In this document: positions 1 through 10,593 of the stretch, in pieces | Layout of the letters: every line of letters begins with the position of its first letter | Position numbering within the stretch: the stretch's first letter is position 1 | From: Rhodothermales bacterium | Lineage (GTDB): Bacteria > Bacteroidota > Rhodothermia > Rhodothermales > Bin80 | Reading direction: 5' to 3' | DNA: 64,000 bases | Assembly: GCA_965203305.1 (NCBI GenBank) | Contig: OZ241874.1 | Coordinates: 1,968,976-2,032,975 of the forward strand | Notes under the pieces: model-generated | What the model was told of the DNA's origin: nothing | The model's input: the letters and a program-made list of their open reading frames with translations, nothing else | Database searches by the model: none | Program-made: the position numbers and the translations under genes

Positions 1-716
1 GTCTCCTTCTCCTGAACTGTGAGGAGCGGTCTCACATCATAGGCCATTATCCATGGCCCCCGCAGGTGATGAACAGTTGGCAAAAGATCTGCACAGAAAA
101 CAACCGTCCCTTCCTGTCCAGAAATCTTGACCAACTGCTGTGCTTTTGTATGTCCGTTCATGACCAGCAGTTCTATCCCCTGAAAAATTTCGCTGCCCCC
201 CTGATGCGTCTTCATCTGGCCTGTGGCAACTAGCGGTTCAAAGTTGTCCGAAAAGAAAGAGTCCTTTTCACGGATATTGGGATTCCGGGCTTCTTCCAGA
301 TGATCCTCTTGAAGATGGTATGTGGCGTTTTTGAATGCAGGTACAATCTCTTCTCTGTTACGCTCTGTGCCTCCTCCCGCATGATCAAAATGCAGGTGTG
401 TCAGAATTACATCGGTCACATCATCCGTGCAAAATCCTGCCTGCTCAAGGGAAACTTTCAGAGTGCTTTCTTCCAGTGCATAGATGTCTCTGAACCGCTC
501 GCTGTATTTATTTCCGGCACCCGCATCAATCAGGATGACATGTCCATTGCCTTCCATGAGGAGTGATCGCATGCACATCTGGATACGATTGCGTTCATCG
601 GGAGGTGTTCGTCTTTCCCACAGGACACGCGGGATAATTCCAAACATTGCGCCGCCGTCAAGCCTGAACTGTCCAGACTCAATTGCATGCAGTGTATATG
701 CTCCAATCTTTGGCAT
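1..716 (-). CDS. MBL-fold metallo-hydrolase, 3' end beyond window start
   Basis: Absent from the ORF track because no stop lies in the window. Own translation from the ATG at 716-714: MPKIGAYTLHAIESGQFRLDGGAMFG...VILTHLHFDHAGGG (HxHxDH metal motif encoded at 381-398). Frame stays open to position 1. Confidence 0.8.
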   Translation of the reverse strand, partial: MPKIGAYTLHAIESGQFRLDGGAMFGIIPRVLWERRTPPDERNRIQMCMRSLLMEGNGHVILIDAGAGNKYSERFRDIYALEESTLKVSLEQAGFCTDDVTDVILTHLHFDHAGGGTERNREEIVPAFKNATYHLQEDHLEEARNPNIREKDSFFSDNFEPLVATGQMKTHQGGSEIFQGIELLVMNGHTKAQQLVKISGQEGTVVFCADLLPTVHHLRGPWIMAYDVRPLLTVQEKE

Positions 717-726
717 GAATCCTGAC

Positions 727-796
727 GAGTCTCTTGCAAAAATCCCGAGCGACGGAGAAGTATTGCTCCAGGGGTGTTAGCATTTTTGCAGAAGCC
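727..796 (+). repeat. Short unit of the GAGCCTCTTGCAAAA-bounded dispersed repeat family
   Basis: GAGTCTCTTGCAAAAATCCCGAGCGACGGAGAAGTATTGCTCC shares ~45 nt with the units at 35200 and (reverse strand) 18653. Closes with inverted TTTTTGCAGAAGCC. Lies 11 nt upstream of the MBL gene ATG. Confidence 0.5.
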
Positions 797-2355
797 ACCT
801 GACGATTGACTTCTCCTGCGGGCGGAAACTCATTGAGTCCCTGTTGAAGAAATGGTTTGAGGTTCCAGATAGAGAGTAAACATTCCTGATCAACTACTAC
901 CGACTTCAGATTTCTTCCGCTTGGCTAGTCTCAATTCTGACATACCTCATTCAGAATGCACAACGAGTTTGTCAGCGTGTTACTACCTTGCCAGAAGAGG
1001 TGCTGAGGATAGAAATCGTGCAAGTTCATACAAACGCCTCTCATATGCAAATATCCTGAAAAGACACACCAAAACAATTCACTTGAGCAGTACATGCGTG
1101 CGGAACATCTCGAAAAAACTATTCCTAAGCAATGCCGGAAACGATCTCAACTCTGGTTATTGTCCCTGGAATTATCACTGTGACATAGAAGATTCACGCT
1201 CCTTTTCAACTTCGTCTCTGACACGCTTTCCGATTCCGAACAGATATCCCCAGATCGCCTTCACTTCGCTGTTCAAGTCAAACGATTGCTTCCCAAGTCA
1301 TCAACCGATGTCTTAAGGGCCTTGTGGTCTCCTTTCATCTCAATTCTGACATTCTCCACTGCCTCAGAAATCGTTATTATGACTGAGACATCCATGTATC
1401 TTGTGAGTGCTATGTGTTGAATGAGTCCTTATGAGTTCTTGAGTGTATAGTTCCCTGATGACGTAAAAAAGCGGAAGGCAGTACCATACTGGATCGAATT
1501 GACATTAAAACCAAGGTAGCATTTTGTCTCTTCAACATACCCGTCTGTAAATTTCTAACTCTCTGGGAACTGAATATGCTCTTTGTCGCCTCGCTTAGGA
1601 TGATAGCGCCATACTTGGAATATTCTGAATTTTGAGACGGACACGAGGTATTTCAATTTTCTTTGAGGCCTCAAAAAGCTGTTAGGGGAGTAAGTTCAGG
1701 ACTCAGGGATAATCTCAAAGCAATGGCATTAAGCACTTATCCTGCCTGCAATTTCGAATAGCTTGATCTTCTAAGGGATCAACTGCTCTCTGGGGCAGAG
1801 ATGCTGATTTGATGGTACTACCACCAGTACCAAATTTTCTGTCTGTCCAAATAGTCTGGAGTTAAGAACTCCCTTTAACTTGGCCATCAGATAGTGTTTC
1901 AGGGCATAGGCAGTTTGAGTATAACATCCAACCCTCTTTATCCGTTTCAGGCTACTACGAATAATGACATGTGAAAAAAAATCCTTGCTCATATAGCCAG
2001 AGAAGGCATTTCCTCGTGCTATAGCTTGGACATATACATGCCTTTCAGCTCTCCCAAATGCGGCATTGCATCCAAGAGGAAAATTTCAATTTCATCCAAA
2101 AAGATAGTGTATGTTCAGAAATTCACAGTAACCTCAAATACGGGGGATTAAAGCGGCACACTCTCCCTCATAGCGTTCATATATGGGGCGATTCAGGGCG
2201 TTCGTTCGCTATGAGAGATTCGGGGGAATCTTGCGCGAAGATTACATGTTTGCGGGCCTGTTGATTTCATATCCCAATTCGCCGAAAATCTTCCATCTTC
2301 GTCGGGAAACATATCTCCCCAAACCCCTCATACGCCCCTAAATCCCATATATTAG

Positions 2356-3653
2356 GGAATTATCCAGTAAAATCCGCAAGTCTGGAACCGGGAGAGAGTA
2401 TTATTTCTCCAGTCCCATGTCCGGGGACTGCTCTTTTGGAGGGAAATTCCTGATGATGTATTCCCGCAGGGACGGGATCGGGGCGGAGTATAACTTCGTT
2501 GTTTCTTCCATATGGAAGACTCCCCGGCGAACCGCCTGGAAAAAGAGTTCTGCGCCTTCCCCCGCTCCGTACTCCTTGTCCAGTTGGTCCACGGCCACCT
2601 CCTGTTCTATCCCGCCTTCCCCCGAACTTGCCAGCAGTATCCGTGCAAAACTCCTGCACTCTTTCGCCGTGAAGGGACTCAGACGGTGTTTATAGTATTC
2701 CATGCGATTTGCCCGTCCTTCTTCCATGACGGAGGCAAGTCCCATGTCTGTCATCTTGTTGCCATGTTTTTTCAGGTAGGAGACGGCGGGTTCCGTATAC
2801 GATATGATGTGTTGCGCCCATCCGTATGTTTCCTGGGTGATCGCATCAATCCACGCGGTGGGGTCTCCCTGTGCTTCCCCTTCCTTTGTGAGCCAGTCTT
2901 CCACCACCGCCCTTTCTTCTTCCCTTTTCAGGGGTTCCATGTTGAACCTGGACCCAAGCAGTGGGCGGGATATGCCCAGTGCTGCAAAGGATTCGAAGGT
3001 CATCCCCAGCCCGCCCGCCAGCAGGATGACGGATTTCCCGACCCCGCCATTGTGAATCTTTTTCAGAAGAGTGCGGACAGGCTTGCGGTGCTCTTCTGGC
3101 GGACCACCGTCTTCGCCCAGATGCTGGGCCTCGTCCAGAATCAGTAGGAGTGGTTCCCCCGCTTTTTTTATCAGCCCCAGAGGGGTAGCCCTGGATGTAT
3201 CAACCACGGATGTTTTTCTGCGTTTTGCTCCCCCCTTGACCAGGTTTAAATTCAGCGTCCCCCCTCCTTCCACGGTGTGCGACACGGTTCTTTTTTCTGG
3301 CGGGAGACCAAGCGTTTCCTGCAGTTTGTCTGCATCCCACAAATCATCCGGGTCAATCTCTGCGACATGCCATCCAGCTTCCGCCGCCTTCATCCAGCAT
3401 TCGGCCAGAAGTGCTGTTTTGCCGATCCCCGGCGGGCCTTGCACGAGGAACGTGCTTCCCCCACTGGTCTCCCCGGACTTGGCCAGCAAGTCTTCGAATC
3501 TTTTCAGGATTCGTTTCCGTCCGTGGAAGTAGTCGGTGGCTCCCCGATCATAAAGTCCTTGTATCCCGCTCATTTCCTGTCGTGGTTGGTCAAAAAAAGA
3601 CTACGCTTCGGGGCAGGGTCTGTTCCCGCACTTGCGGATTTTACTGGATAAGC
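2356..3653 (-). mobile_element. AAA+ ATPase cassette, copy 1 (IR-bounded, putative mobile unit)
   Basis: TTATCCAGTAAAATCCGCAAG at 2360-2380 and its exact reverse complement at 3631-3651 (21/21). Perfect 12-nt direct repeat CCCATATATTAG at 2344-2355 and 3654-3665. Confidence 0.55.
2401..3573 (-). CDS. ORC/Cdc6-like AAA+ ATPase with C-terminal helical (wHTH-like) region, cassette copy 1
   Basis: 390-aa ORF. Walker A FLVQGPPGIGKTALL, Walker B LLLILDEAQHLG, VILLAGGLG. Four paralogs in the window. Confidence 0.85.
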   Translation of the reverse strand: MSGIQGLYDRGATDYFHGRKRILKRFEDLLAKSGETSGGSTFLVQGPPGIGKTALLAECWMKAAEAGWHVAEIDPDDLWDADKLQETLGLPPEKRTVSHTVEGGGTLNLNLVKGGAKRRKTSVVDTSRATPLGLIKKAGEPLLLILDEAQHLGEDGGPPEEHRKPVRTLLKKIHNGGVGKSVILLAGGLGMTFESFAALGISRPLLGSRFNMEPLKREEERAVVEDWLTKEGEAQGDPTAWIDAITQETYGWAQHIISYTEPAVSYLKKHGNKMTDMGLASVMEEGRANRMEYYKHRLSPFTAKECRSFARILLASSGEGGIEQEVAVDQLDKEYGAGEGAELFFQAVRRGVFHMEETTKLYSAPIPSLREYIIRNFPPKEQSPDMGLEK

Positions 3654-3780
3654 CCCATATATTAGCGGTATTATGAATTTTTGGAGGGACACTAAATAGC
3701 CAATTTCTCTCCAGATCAAGCGGCTCAAGCTCAACAATCTTGTTCGAAATATCTACTTGAATCTCTCTCAAAACTCTTCG

Positions 3781-3879
3781 GAGCCTCCTGCAAAAATCCT
3801 TTTATACCGAACCAGTATGCCTGTAAACACTCCCGGGGAATTATTATTCTCAATATTCAGAATTTTGCAAGAGAGAAGG
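3781..3879 (+). repeat. ~100-bp repeat unit with inverted CTCYTGCAAAA ends
   Basis: About 85% identical by eye to the reverse complement of 5121-5220. Bounded by CTCCTGCAAAAAT and ATTTTGCAAGAGAG. Confidence 0.7.
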
Positions 3880-3922
3880 CTTTCTTTTCCGAAGAAGTCT
3901 GGACAATCATTGAGCACTTGGC

Positions 3923-4572
3923 TTACGCTTCAACCAGAGTATCAGAGTGTTTGATCTGTGGATCAGTCTTATCATTCAGAGGCTTGGACTGCGCATTAAA
4001 ACGTCTGGTCAGATCCGCAAGAAGTTTAGCTTGCTCATCTTGATGTCTGGTCAGATCTTCAAGGTTCCCGGTCTGTTTGTCGCAGCGTTTGGTCAGATCC
4101 GCAAAGTGCTTGGTCTGTTCGTCGCAGCGTTTGGTCAGATCCGCAAAGTGCTTGGTCTGTTCGCCGCAGCGTCTGGTCAGATCCGCAAAGTGCTTGGTCT
4201 GTTCGCCGCAGCGTCTGGTCAGATCCGCAAAGTGCTTGGATTGCAATTCACATCTCTCGGTTTGTACATTAGACAAAACATCAATGCGCTTGCCGAGTTC
4301 GGTGAAGTTCTTGCTGGCTTGGAGAAGGCCCTGATTTTGCGATTCAATCACAGTGTCAATGCGCTTGCTGACCTCACGAAGGCTCTGATTAACTTACGAA
4401 AGCCCTGATTTTGCGATTCAATCACAGTGTCAATACGCTCGCTTACGGCATCAAATCGCTTGTTCACGGAAGCGTTCGTATGCCGAGATGCGATAATCAA
4501 AGTTACAATAATGCCCGAAAGGGTCACGATAGTACTTACTGAGGCTATAGTGATGGACTGTACTAGCTCCAT
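3923..4572 (-). pseudogene. Membrane-anchored protein with 14-aa tandem repeats, split by a 74-bp direct duplication
   Basis: ORFs 4348-4572 (N-terminal TM helix ITIASVSTIVTLSGIIVTLIIA) and 3923-4351 both contain IDTVIESQNQG. A 33-nt perfect repeat at 4328-4360 and 4402-4434 is spaced 74 nt (not a multiple of 3). Removing one copy joins the two frames. Confidence 0.6.
3986..4240. repeat. 42-bp tandem repeat (coding; 14-aa units ADLT(R/K)RC(G/D)EQTKHF)
   Basis: Four near-identical 42-bp units at 4070-4111, 4112-4153, 4154-4195 and 4196-4237. Degenerate units extend back to ~3986. Confidence 0.85.
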
Positions 4573-5120
4573 GAGTTCAATTCAGGTTTTGTTTTGAGTT
4601 TTTTCTGTATAATTTCGAGACTCGCAAACTGCCTAGTAACCTTCTATGCATTGTACACGAGATTGTTCCTGGCATGTTCCATACCCTGCATTTCCAATTC
4701 TGATTTTTTTTCTCCACCAGATAGTACCATATGCATGGTACAAGGTTCCAGACGCACATGTTCCCAGATCTCTGAACCATGACTTCCTATTGCAATCACA
4801 ATGTGGTAATACGCACCTCCGAATCTTTTTAAGAAGGGCACGCATAAATGGGATTCGCCGGTTCTATCCCGATAGTTATAGACAGACATCTAAATCTGGG
4901 ATGTATAGAGAGAGTGTGTTTGGAAGTACTATACAGCACATTTTGCTACACCATGTTTGGCACGAGGAGGCTCTGGCAAAATTTCCACATATTCACCTTG
5001 TCATGTCCACAAGCATTCTCAGAGCAATCACTGCCCCAATTGGGGATGCCTGCGGAAATAACAGAACTACACTAATTGGGATAGAGCCGATTCCGCCCAG
5101 ATAGAAATTGGCAGGCTTAT

Positions 5121-5220
5121 CCCCCGATCCTCTTGCAAAATTCTAGATATTGAGAATAATCAATCACTGGGAGTGTTCAAAGGCGTACCGGTTCGGTTAT
5201 AAAAGTGTTTTTGCAGGGGA
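5121..5220 (-). repeat. ~100-bp repeat unit, inverted partner of 3781-3879
   Basis: The reverse complement aligns with 3781-3879 (shared CTTTTATA.CCGAACC.GTA.GCCT.T.AACACTCCC...ATTATTCTCAATAT..AGAATTTTGCAAGAG). Confidence 0.7.
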
Positions 5221-6024
5221 ATCTGGTTTTCAATTGTTCACCCCACCGTTCAGCTTAAAGGCTTGCCTCCCAAGTTTTCAACTGACGTATTGAGAGCACT
5301 GTGTCAAATTTCATTGCAACCCTTAGGGTCACTATTTCTTCTGAAAATTTATCCCAACCATCTTTTCCCTCAACTCTGTTCTCCTCGTTATCCACTCTCA
5401 TCTCAACTACTAACTTGTTCCAGTATCTTTCGTATCTGAAAATCGCCCGCGTCAATATCCACCAGTATCCTGCCGCAGTTCAGGATAGTATGCCAAACCC
5501 TGCTCCAGAGAAAGTAACATTGATGATAACATAGCCAACAAACAGGAGTATTACAACTGAGACGGGGCAGTACATTGCCTTATGCGCTGAGCAGTATACC
5601 AGGAAGCAAGTCCAGAAATGTATAAGTCCCTGTTCATTCAGTCAGGTAAAAGGCTGATATGATGCTGGCTTCTCTGGGACAGAGAGGCTGATTGAGCGGT
5701 ATCACTGTGTCCTATTCCACATTTTTCTATACATCTGAACAATCTGAAATCAAAAACCTCCTTCAATATTGCTGTATCAGTTCAGCCACGAGATAATGTG
5801 TCACTCCATATCAGTTTGAGAGATACATCTTGTTTAGTCTGGTCTGCCATTTGAATTACTGTGAAAAATGGCTGGTAACACACCCTTGATTATAAATTCG
5901 GCAATTATTTTCCTGCATCACAGCCGGGATGCATATCCGTTTTTCTACTCTCGGATGCACGGTGGCGTACCCACGAAGAAGAGCCTCTGCTTGCCCGGAA
6001 AACAGATGCTCTTGACAGAGTCAC

Positions 6025-7359
6025 ATGAGGATGCGGGATATGTATTCCTCTTGCATTTTCATCACTAGCATAATCATGTATCGGATTCTGTCTGTCTGCC
6101 TTTGCCTCTTATGCATATATGGCAGCACAGAATGTGCAGCACAAGATGGCTTTGGCTCCATGAACCAGCTTTCAGAAAAACTGGTTCAGCGGCGATGGCA
6201 AGTTCACAAGCAAGTGAATGCTATGGCAGGTGTTTCCCTGATTGGTGCACAGTGGAGAGGCCTTGCATCACTGAACTTCGAATTGGCTAAACATCCCTTT
6301 GCTGTTCAATTAGCTGGAAATCTCAGACAGGGGCCCCTGGGACGATACGCCCCTGACTGGAATGAGACCTATGATGTTTTGCGGCTCATCCGGTTTGCGC
6401 GTGTCCAAACCCAAAATATGTATGCCCGCATCGGTCCAATAGAAGACATGCGACTGGGAATTGGACATGTCGTCAATCATTACCGTTCGTCCGTCTCATG
6501 GGATGCTCGCACGATTGGTTCCGAAGTAGCATGGAGTGGAAACCGGTTTCATCTCAGTGCCTTTACCGCAGATATTCTCTTCAATAACCTGATTGGTGTG
6601 AGGGGGAGTGTCGCTCTTCCATATTCCAGCAAACTTGGAGTCAATTATGCGAACCATATTCCAACTGACCTCATAGCCTGGAGCATTGACCTGCAGAGTG
6701 AAGTTTTCGAGACAGGCAGAATTGCCTTTGCTCCCTATGTCAGTTATGCATGGTATACTCAACACGGAGACGGGCTGGCATTCGGGGCAGATGTGCAGAG
6801 CTCCGGCTTTCTGGATGTGCTGAGTTTCCGGCTGAGAGTCGGGGCTTTTTACAGTAGCAGGCATTTTATTCCAGGTTACATCGGAACCTTGTTCAGCGTG
6901 AATAACCCGCAGAACCGAATTATCCGCAGAGGTGCCGTTCTGGAAAACATTATGCCTGAAGATTACGCAGGTCTGCTCCTGCGAGAGGCTCGCGGAGTCA
7001 ACGACCTGATAACAGAGTTTGACCTTCAGATTCTGGAAAGATTTCGAATAGCTTACAGCTGGCGGAGGCACTTCGGATCTCAGCCCCTCAGCGAATTTCA
7101 TTTTCGTCTTTTCATGAGACAGGGTGCCTACTTCAATCTCCAGGTCGGTGTTGATCGTCTTGGGGAGCACAGGTTCACAGACATCTTCTCCTCATTCTCT
7201 GAGCAGAGTGCACTAATCCTTGTGAACATACTTCGCATCAGACAGTCTGTATTTCTTCGGACAGAGGCACGATATACGTTCGAACCCATTGAGTCTGGAA
7301 CTCACTATCTCGTTCAGAGACGCTTTGAGCCAACACTGGGAATTCGAATCCATCTTTGA
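6025..7359 (+). CDS. Hypothetical secreted / outer-membrane protein
   Basis: 444-aa ORF. Likely true start at 6076 (MYRILSVCLCLLCIYGSTECAAQ, signal-peptide-like). No family recognised. Confidence 0.55.
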   Translation: MRMRDMYSSCIFITSIIMYRILSVCLCLLCIYGSTECAAQDGFGSMNQLSEKLVQRRWQVHKQVNAMAGVSLIGAQWRGLASLNFELAKHPFAVQLAGNLRQGPLGRYAPDWNETYDVLRLIRFARVQTQNMYARIGPIEDMRLGIGHVVNHYRSSVSWDARTIGSEVAWSGNRFHLSAFTADILFNNLIGVRGSVALPYSSKLGVNYANHIPTDLIAWSIDLQSEVFETGRIAFAPYVSYAWYTQHGDGLAFGADVQSSGFLDVLSFRLRVGAFYSSRHFIPGYIGTLFSVNNPQNRIIRRGAVLENIMPEDYAGLLLREARGVNDLITEFDLQILERFRIAYSWRRHFGSQPLSEFHFRLFMRQGAYFNLQVGVDRLGEHRFTDIFSSFSEQSALILVNILRIRQSVFLRTEARYTFEPIESGTHYLVQRRFEPTLGIRIHL

Positions 7360-7442
7360 GAGCTTTCCCTGAGGGTTTGATTTCAAACTGAACCATCCCC
7401 GTATCTCCTTGTCTATCCCTGAAGATACACCACACGGCATCT

Positions 7443-10400
7443 CTACTGTACATCCACCCATTCAGTGGACAGTATCTCCGCCTGCTCAAGTACTGTTTCG
7501 GCTGCTTTTTCCTGCTTGTCTGGCGGGTAGCCATATTTTCGCAGATTCCGCTTTATCAGAGCCCTGAGGTTTGCACGAACATCCTCACGAATCGTCCAGT
7601 CAATCCTGACATTTTCCTGCACGGTTCTGACAAGTTTTCGTGCAATGTCGCAGAGCTTGTCTTCCCCCATCTCCCGAACTGCACTGTCATTGGTTTCCAG
7701 TGCATCATAAAATGCCATCTCATCTTCGGACAGCCCCAGTGCTTCGCCGCGAGCGTTTGCCTCTCTCATCTCCCGTGCAAGCTCAATCAGTTCTTCAATG
7801 ATTTGTGCCGCTTCTACGGCACGATTCTGATACCGGCGGATGGTCTGTTCCAGCATTTCGGCAAAAGACCGACCCTGAACGACATTCTTTTTTCTGCGGG
7901 TTGCAATCTCCCCTTTCAGAAGTTTCCGTAGCAGCTCAACTGCAAGATTGGGCTTGTGCATATTCAGGACTTCCTTCAGAAAGTCTTCCGAGAGGATGGA
8001 CACATCCGGTTTTTTCAATCCCGCGGAGGTAAAAATATCTGTTACTCCTTCGGGCATTATGCTCCGAGAGACAATCTGACGCACCGCATGATCTATCTCC
8101 TCATCAGTCTTTCCTTCGGATGCTGCACGCTTTGACAGTGCCACTTGTACGGTCTGGAAAAATGCCACATCATCTCGTATTCGCTCAGCCTCCTCGTGTG
8201 GAACGGCCAAGGCAAACGCTTTCCTGAGCTGACGGACGACGGTTACATATCGCTCTTTGCCTTTTTCCTGTGCCAAAATATGTTCCATTGCAGCTGGCAA
8301 CAGGGCGAGTTGCTCTGACGAGGAGGCAACTTTCCAGTCAAATCCGTGAAACATATCACAGCAGATTTCATAGTTTTTGAGCAAAACCTGAACTGCCTTT
8401 TCCTTGTCCACCGTTGCATCACCTTGTCCACCGCTTTCTGTATAGTTTGCGAGTGCCTGCTTCAGTGCATAGGCTAGACCCAAATAGTCAACAATCAAAC
8501 CTCCTGGCTTCTCCTTGAATACACGATTGACTCTGGCAATAGCCTGCATCAATCCGTGGCCTCGCATTGGCTTGTCTACGTACATGGTGTGCAGGCTGGG
8601 GGCATCAAAGCCTGTCAGCCACATGTCACGCACCAGAACCATCCTGAGTGGATCTTCCGGGTCCCGAAATCGCTTTGAGAGCAGCTCTCTTCTGGATTTG
8701 TTTCGTATGTGTGGTTGCCATTTAATGGGGTCCGAAGCTGATCCGGTCATGACGATCTTTAGCTCACCTGAATTGTCATCATCGTTACACCAGTCTGGAC
8801 GAAGACGCTCCAGCTCTTTGTACAAATCAATACAGATACGCCGACTCATGCAGACCACCATTGCCTTTCCCTTCATTACCTCCAGTCGCCCTTCAAAATG
8901 GTTGACGATATCTTCCGCAATAATTGCTGTGCGCTTCTTTGCACCAACGATAGCCTCCAGTTGTGCCCACTTTGTTTTTACCTTTTCCCGGCGATTGGCT
9001 TCTTCAGCCTCCGTGACTTCCTCAAAATCGCTGTCAATGTTGGGTTTCTCGTCCTCGTTCAGCTTGAGCTTCACAAGGCGATTTTCATAATAAATCGGAA
9101 CGGTGGCACCATCATCAACGGATCTGCGGATATCATAAATGCTGATGTGATTCCCAAATACTGCGCGAGTATTGGCATCCGCATGCTCAATGGGTGTTCC
9201 GGTAAATCCAATGAATGAGGCATTGGGCAATGCGTCTCGCATATGCCGTGCATAGCCGTCAATAAAATCATACTGGCTGCGATGCGCCTCGTCGGCAATC
9301 ACCACGATATTGTGTCGGTCCGAGAGTAGCGGATGCTCTTCTCCTTTCTGATCAGGAAAGAACTTTTGAATTGTCGTGAATACAATGCCTCCTGATTTTA
9401 CGGAAAGTCTTTTTCGTAAATGTGCCCGGCTTCTCGCCCGAACAGGTGACTGACGGAGGAGATCGGAACACCGTGAAAATGTGGCAAACAGTTGATCATC
9501 CAGATCATTCCGGTCGGTCAGTACAACAATGGTCGGATTTTTCATTTCCGGTTCCCGTACGATACGACCTGCATAGAACGCCATCGTCAGGCTCTTGCCG
9601 GATCCCTGCGTATGCCAGACTACACCAATCCGGCGATCTCCTATATCTCCTCCATGCATCGTGTTCTCTCTGAGGGCTACTTCCCTCTGCATCTGTGTGG
9701 CACGCAGGGTTTCTTCAACAGCTACATCCACAGCATGATATTGGTGATATCCGGCCATCTTTTTGGACAGCACACCACTTCCGTCATCCTCAAACACAAT
9801 GAAGTCCCGGATTAATTTCAGAAGTCTTTCTGGCTTGAGAACACCCTCTGTCAATACCTCTAGTTGCAACTTATCCCGAGACTCCTCCTCCTCCTTCCCC
9901 GAAATCGTTCGCCATGGCTTGAACCACTCTGGTCCAGCAGTTAGCGTCCCGATACGCGCTTCTATTCCATCTGATATGATCAGAGCGGCGTTATAAGTAA
10001 AGATGGAAGGAATCTGCGACTTGTAGGTTTGCAGTTGCTGATAGGCGGACTGGACAGTCGTCCTCTCATTCGAAGGATTCTTCAGCTCCACAATGACCAG
10101 CGGCATCCCGTTGACAAACAGTACGATATCCAGCCTCCGTCTCCGTTTATTTTCTTCCACGGTAAATTGGCTGACGGCAAGCCAGTCGTTCTTGCTGTGA
10201 TCGTCAAAATCAATTAGCCGGACTTGGGCACCCCGGAAACGCTTGTCATATTCATCATAATACTCCGTCGGTACACCGTCTATGAGCATGCGGTGAAATG
10301 CATGGTTACGACTTTCCAGTGCAGAACCACCGGGGTGGTACACATCTATTTGTGCACTGATCAGAGCACTCATGGGAAGCCACGAGTTCAGCCTGTCAAG

Positions 10401-10577
10401 GGCATCACACTGTCTGCCCCCAAAAATCACCTCCTGCTCTCTCTTCACTGAACCAATGCCTCTCTCATGCCGGTCAAGATCACTCTCATGTTTAACCTCC
10501 CATCCAAGGCGTTCCAGCCACTCCAGTAAAGTGGTTTCAAGTGTTGATTCGGTAGGAACTGCAATGCCATCCGTCAT
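7443..10577 (-). CDS. hsdR: Type I restriction enzyme R subunit
   Basis: 1044 aa. Helicase motifs [10 protein letters not shown] and [11 protein letters not shown]. Same strand and operon context as hsdS and hsdM. Confidence 0.9.
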   Translation of the reverse strand: MTDGIAVPTESTLETTLLEWLERLGWEVKHESDLDRHERGIGSVKREQEVIFGGRQCDALDRLNSWLPMSALISAQIDVYHPGGSALESRNHAFHRMLIDGVPTEYYDEYDKRFRGAQVRLIDFDDHSKNDWLAVSQFTVEENKRRRRLDIVLFVNGMPLVIVELKNPSNERTTVQSAYQQLQTYKSQIPSIFTYNAALIISDGIEARIGTLTAGPEWFKPWRTISGKEEEESRDKLQLEVLTEGVLKPERLLKLIRDFIVFEDDGSGVLSKKMAGYHQYHAVDVAVEETLRATQMQREVALRENTMHGGDIGDRRIGVVWHTQGSGKSLTMAFYAGRIVREPEMKNPTIVVLTDRNDLDDQLFATFSRCSDLLRQSPVRARSRAHLRKRLSVKSGGIVFTTIQKFFPDQKGEEHPLLSDRHNIVVIADEAHRSQYDFIDGYARHMRDALPNASFIGFTGTPIEHADANTRAVFGNHISIYDIRRSVDDGATVPIYYENRLVKLKLNEDEKPNIDSDFEEVTEAEEANRREKVKTKWAQLEAIVGAKKRTAIIAEDIVNHFEGRLEVMKGKAMVVCMSRRICIDLYKELERLRPDWCNDDDNSGELKIVMTGSASDPIKWQPHIRNKSRRELLSKRFRDPEDPLRMVLVRDMWLTGFDAPSLHTMYVDKPMRGHGLMQAIARVNRVFKEKPGGLIVDYLGLAYALKQALANYTESGGQGDATVDKEKAVQVLLKNYEICCDMFHGFDWKVASSSEQLALLPAAMEHILAQEKGKERYVTVVRQLRKAFALAVPHEEAERIRDDVAFFQTVQVALSKRAASEGKTDEEIDHAVRQIVSRSIMPEGVTDIFTSAGLKKPDVSILSEDFLKEVLNMHKPNLAVELLRKLLKGEIATRRKKNVVQGRSFAEMLEQTIRRYQNRAVEAAQIIEELIELAREMREANARGEALGLSEDEMAFYDALETNDSAVREMGEDKLCDIARKLVRTVQENVRIDWTIREDVRANLRALIKRNLRKYGYPPDKQEKAAETVLEQAEILSTEWVDVQ

Positions 10578-10593
10578 TATTTACCAGTTTTCG

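Noticed and set aside
2356-3653. Retron-like a1/a2 inverted repeats
   Set aside because: The repeats enclose a whole 1.2-kb ATPase gene, not a ~150-200-nt msr/msd region. No reverse transcriptase is present.
3986-4240. Regular 42-bp repeats that could be mistaken for a CRISPR array
   Set aside because: The units are contiguous with no spacers, lie in-frame within an ORF and encode a 14-aa protein repeat. There are no cas genes in the window.
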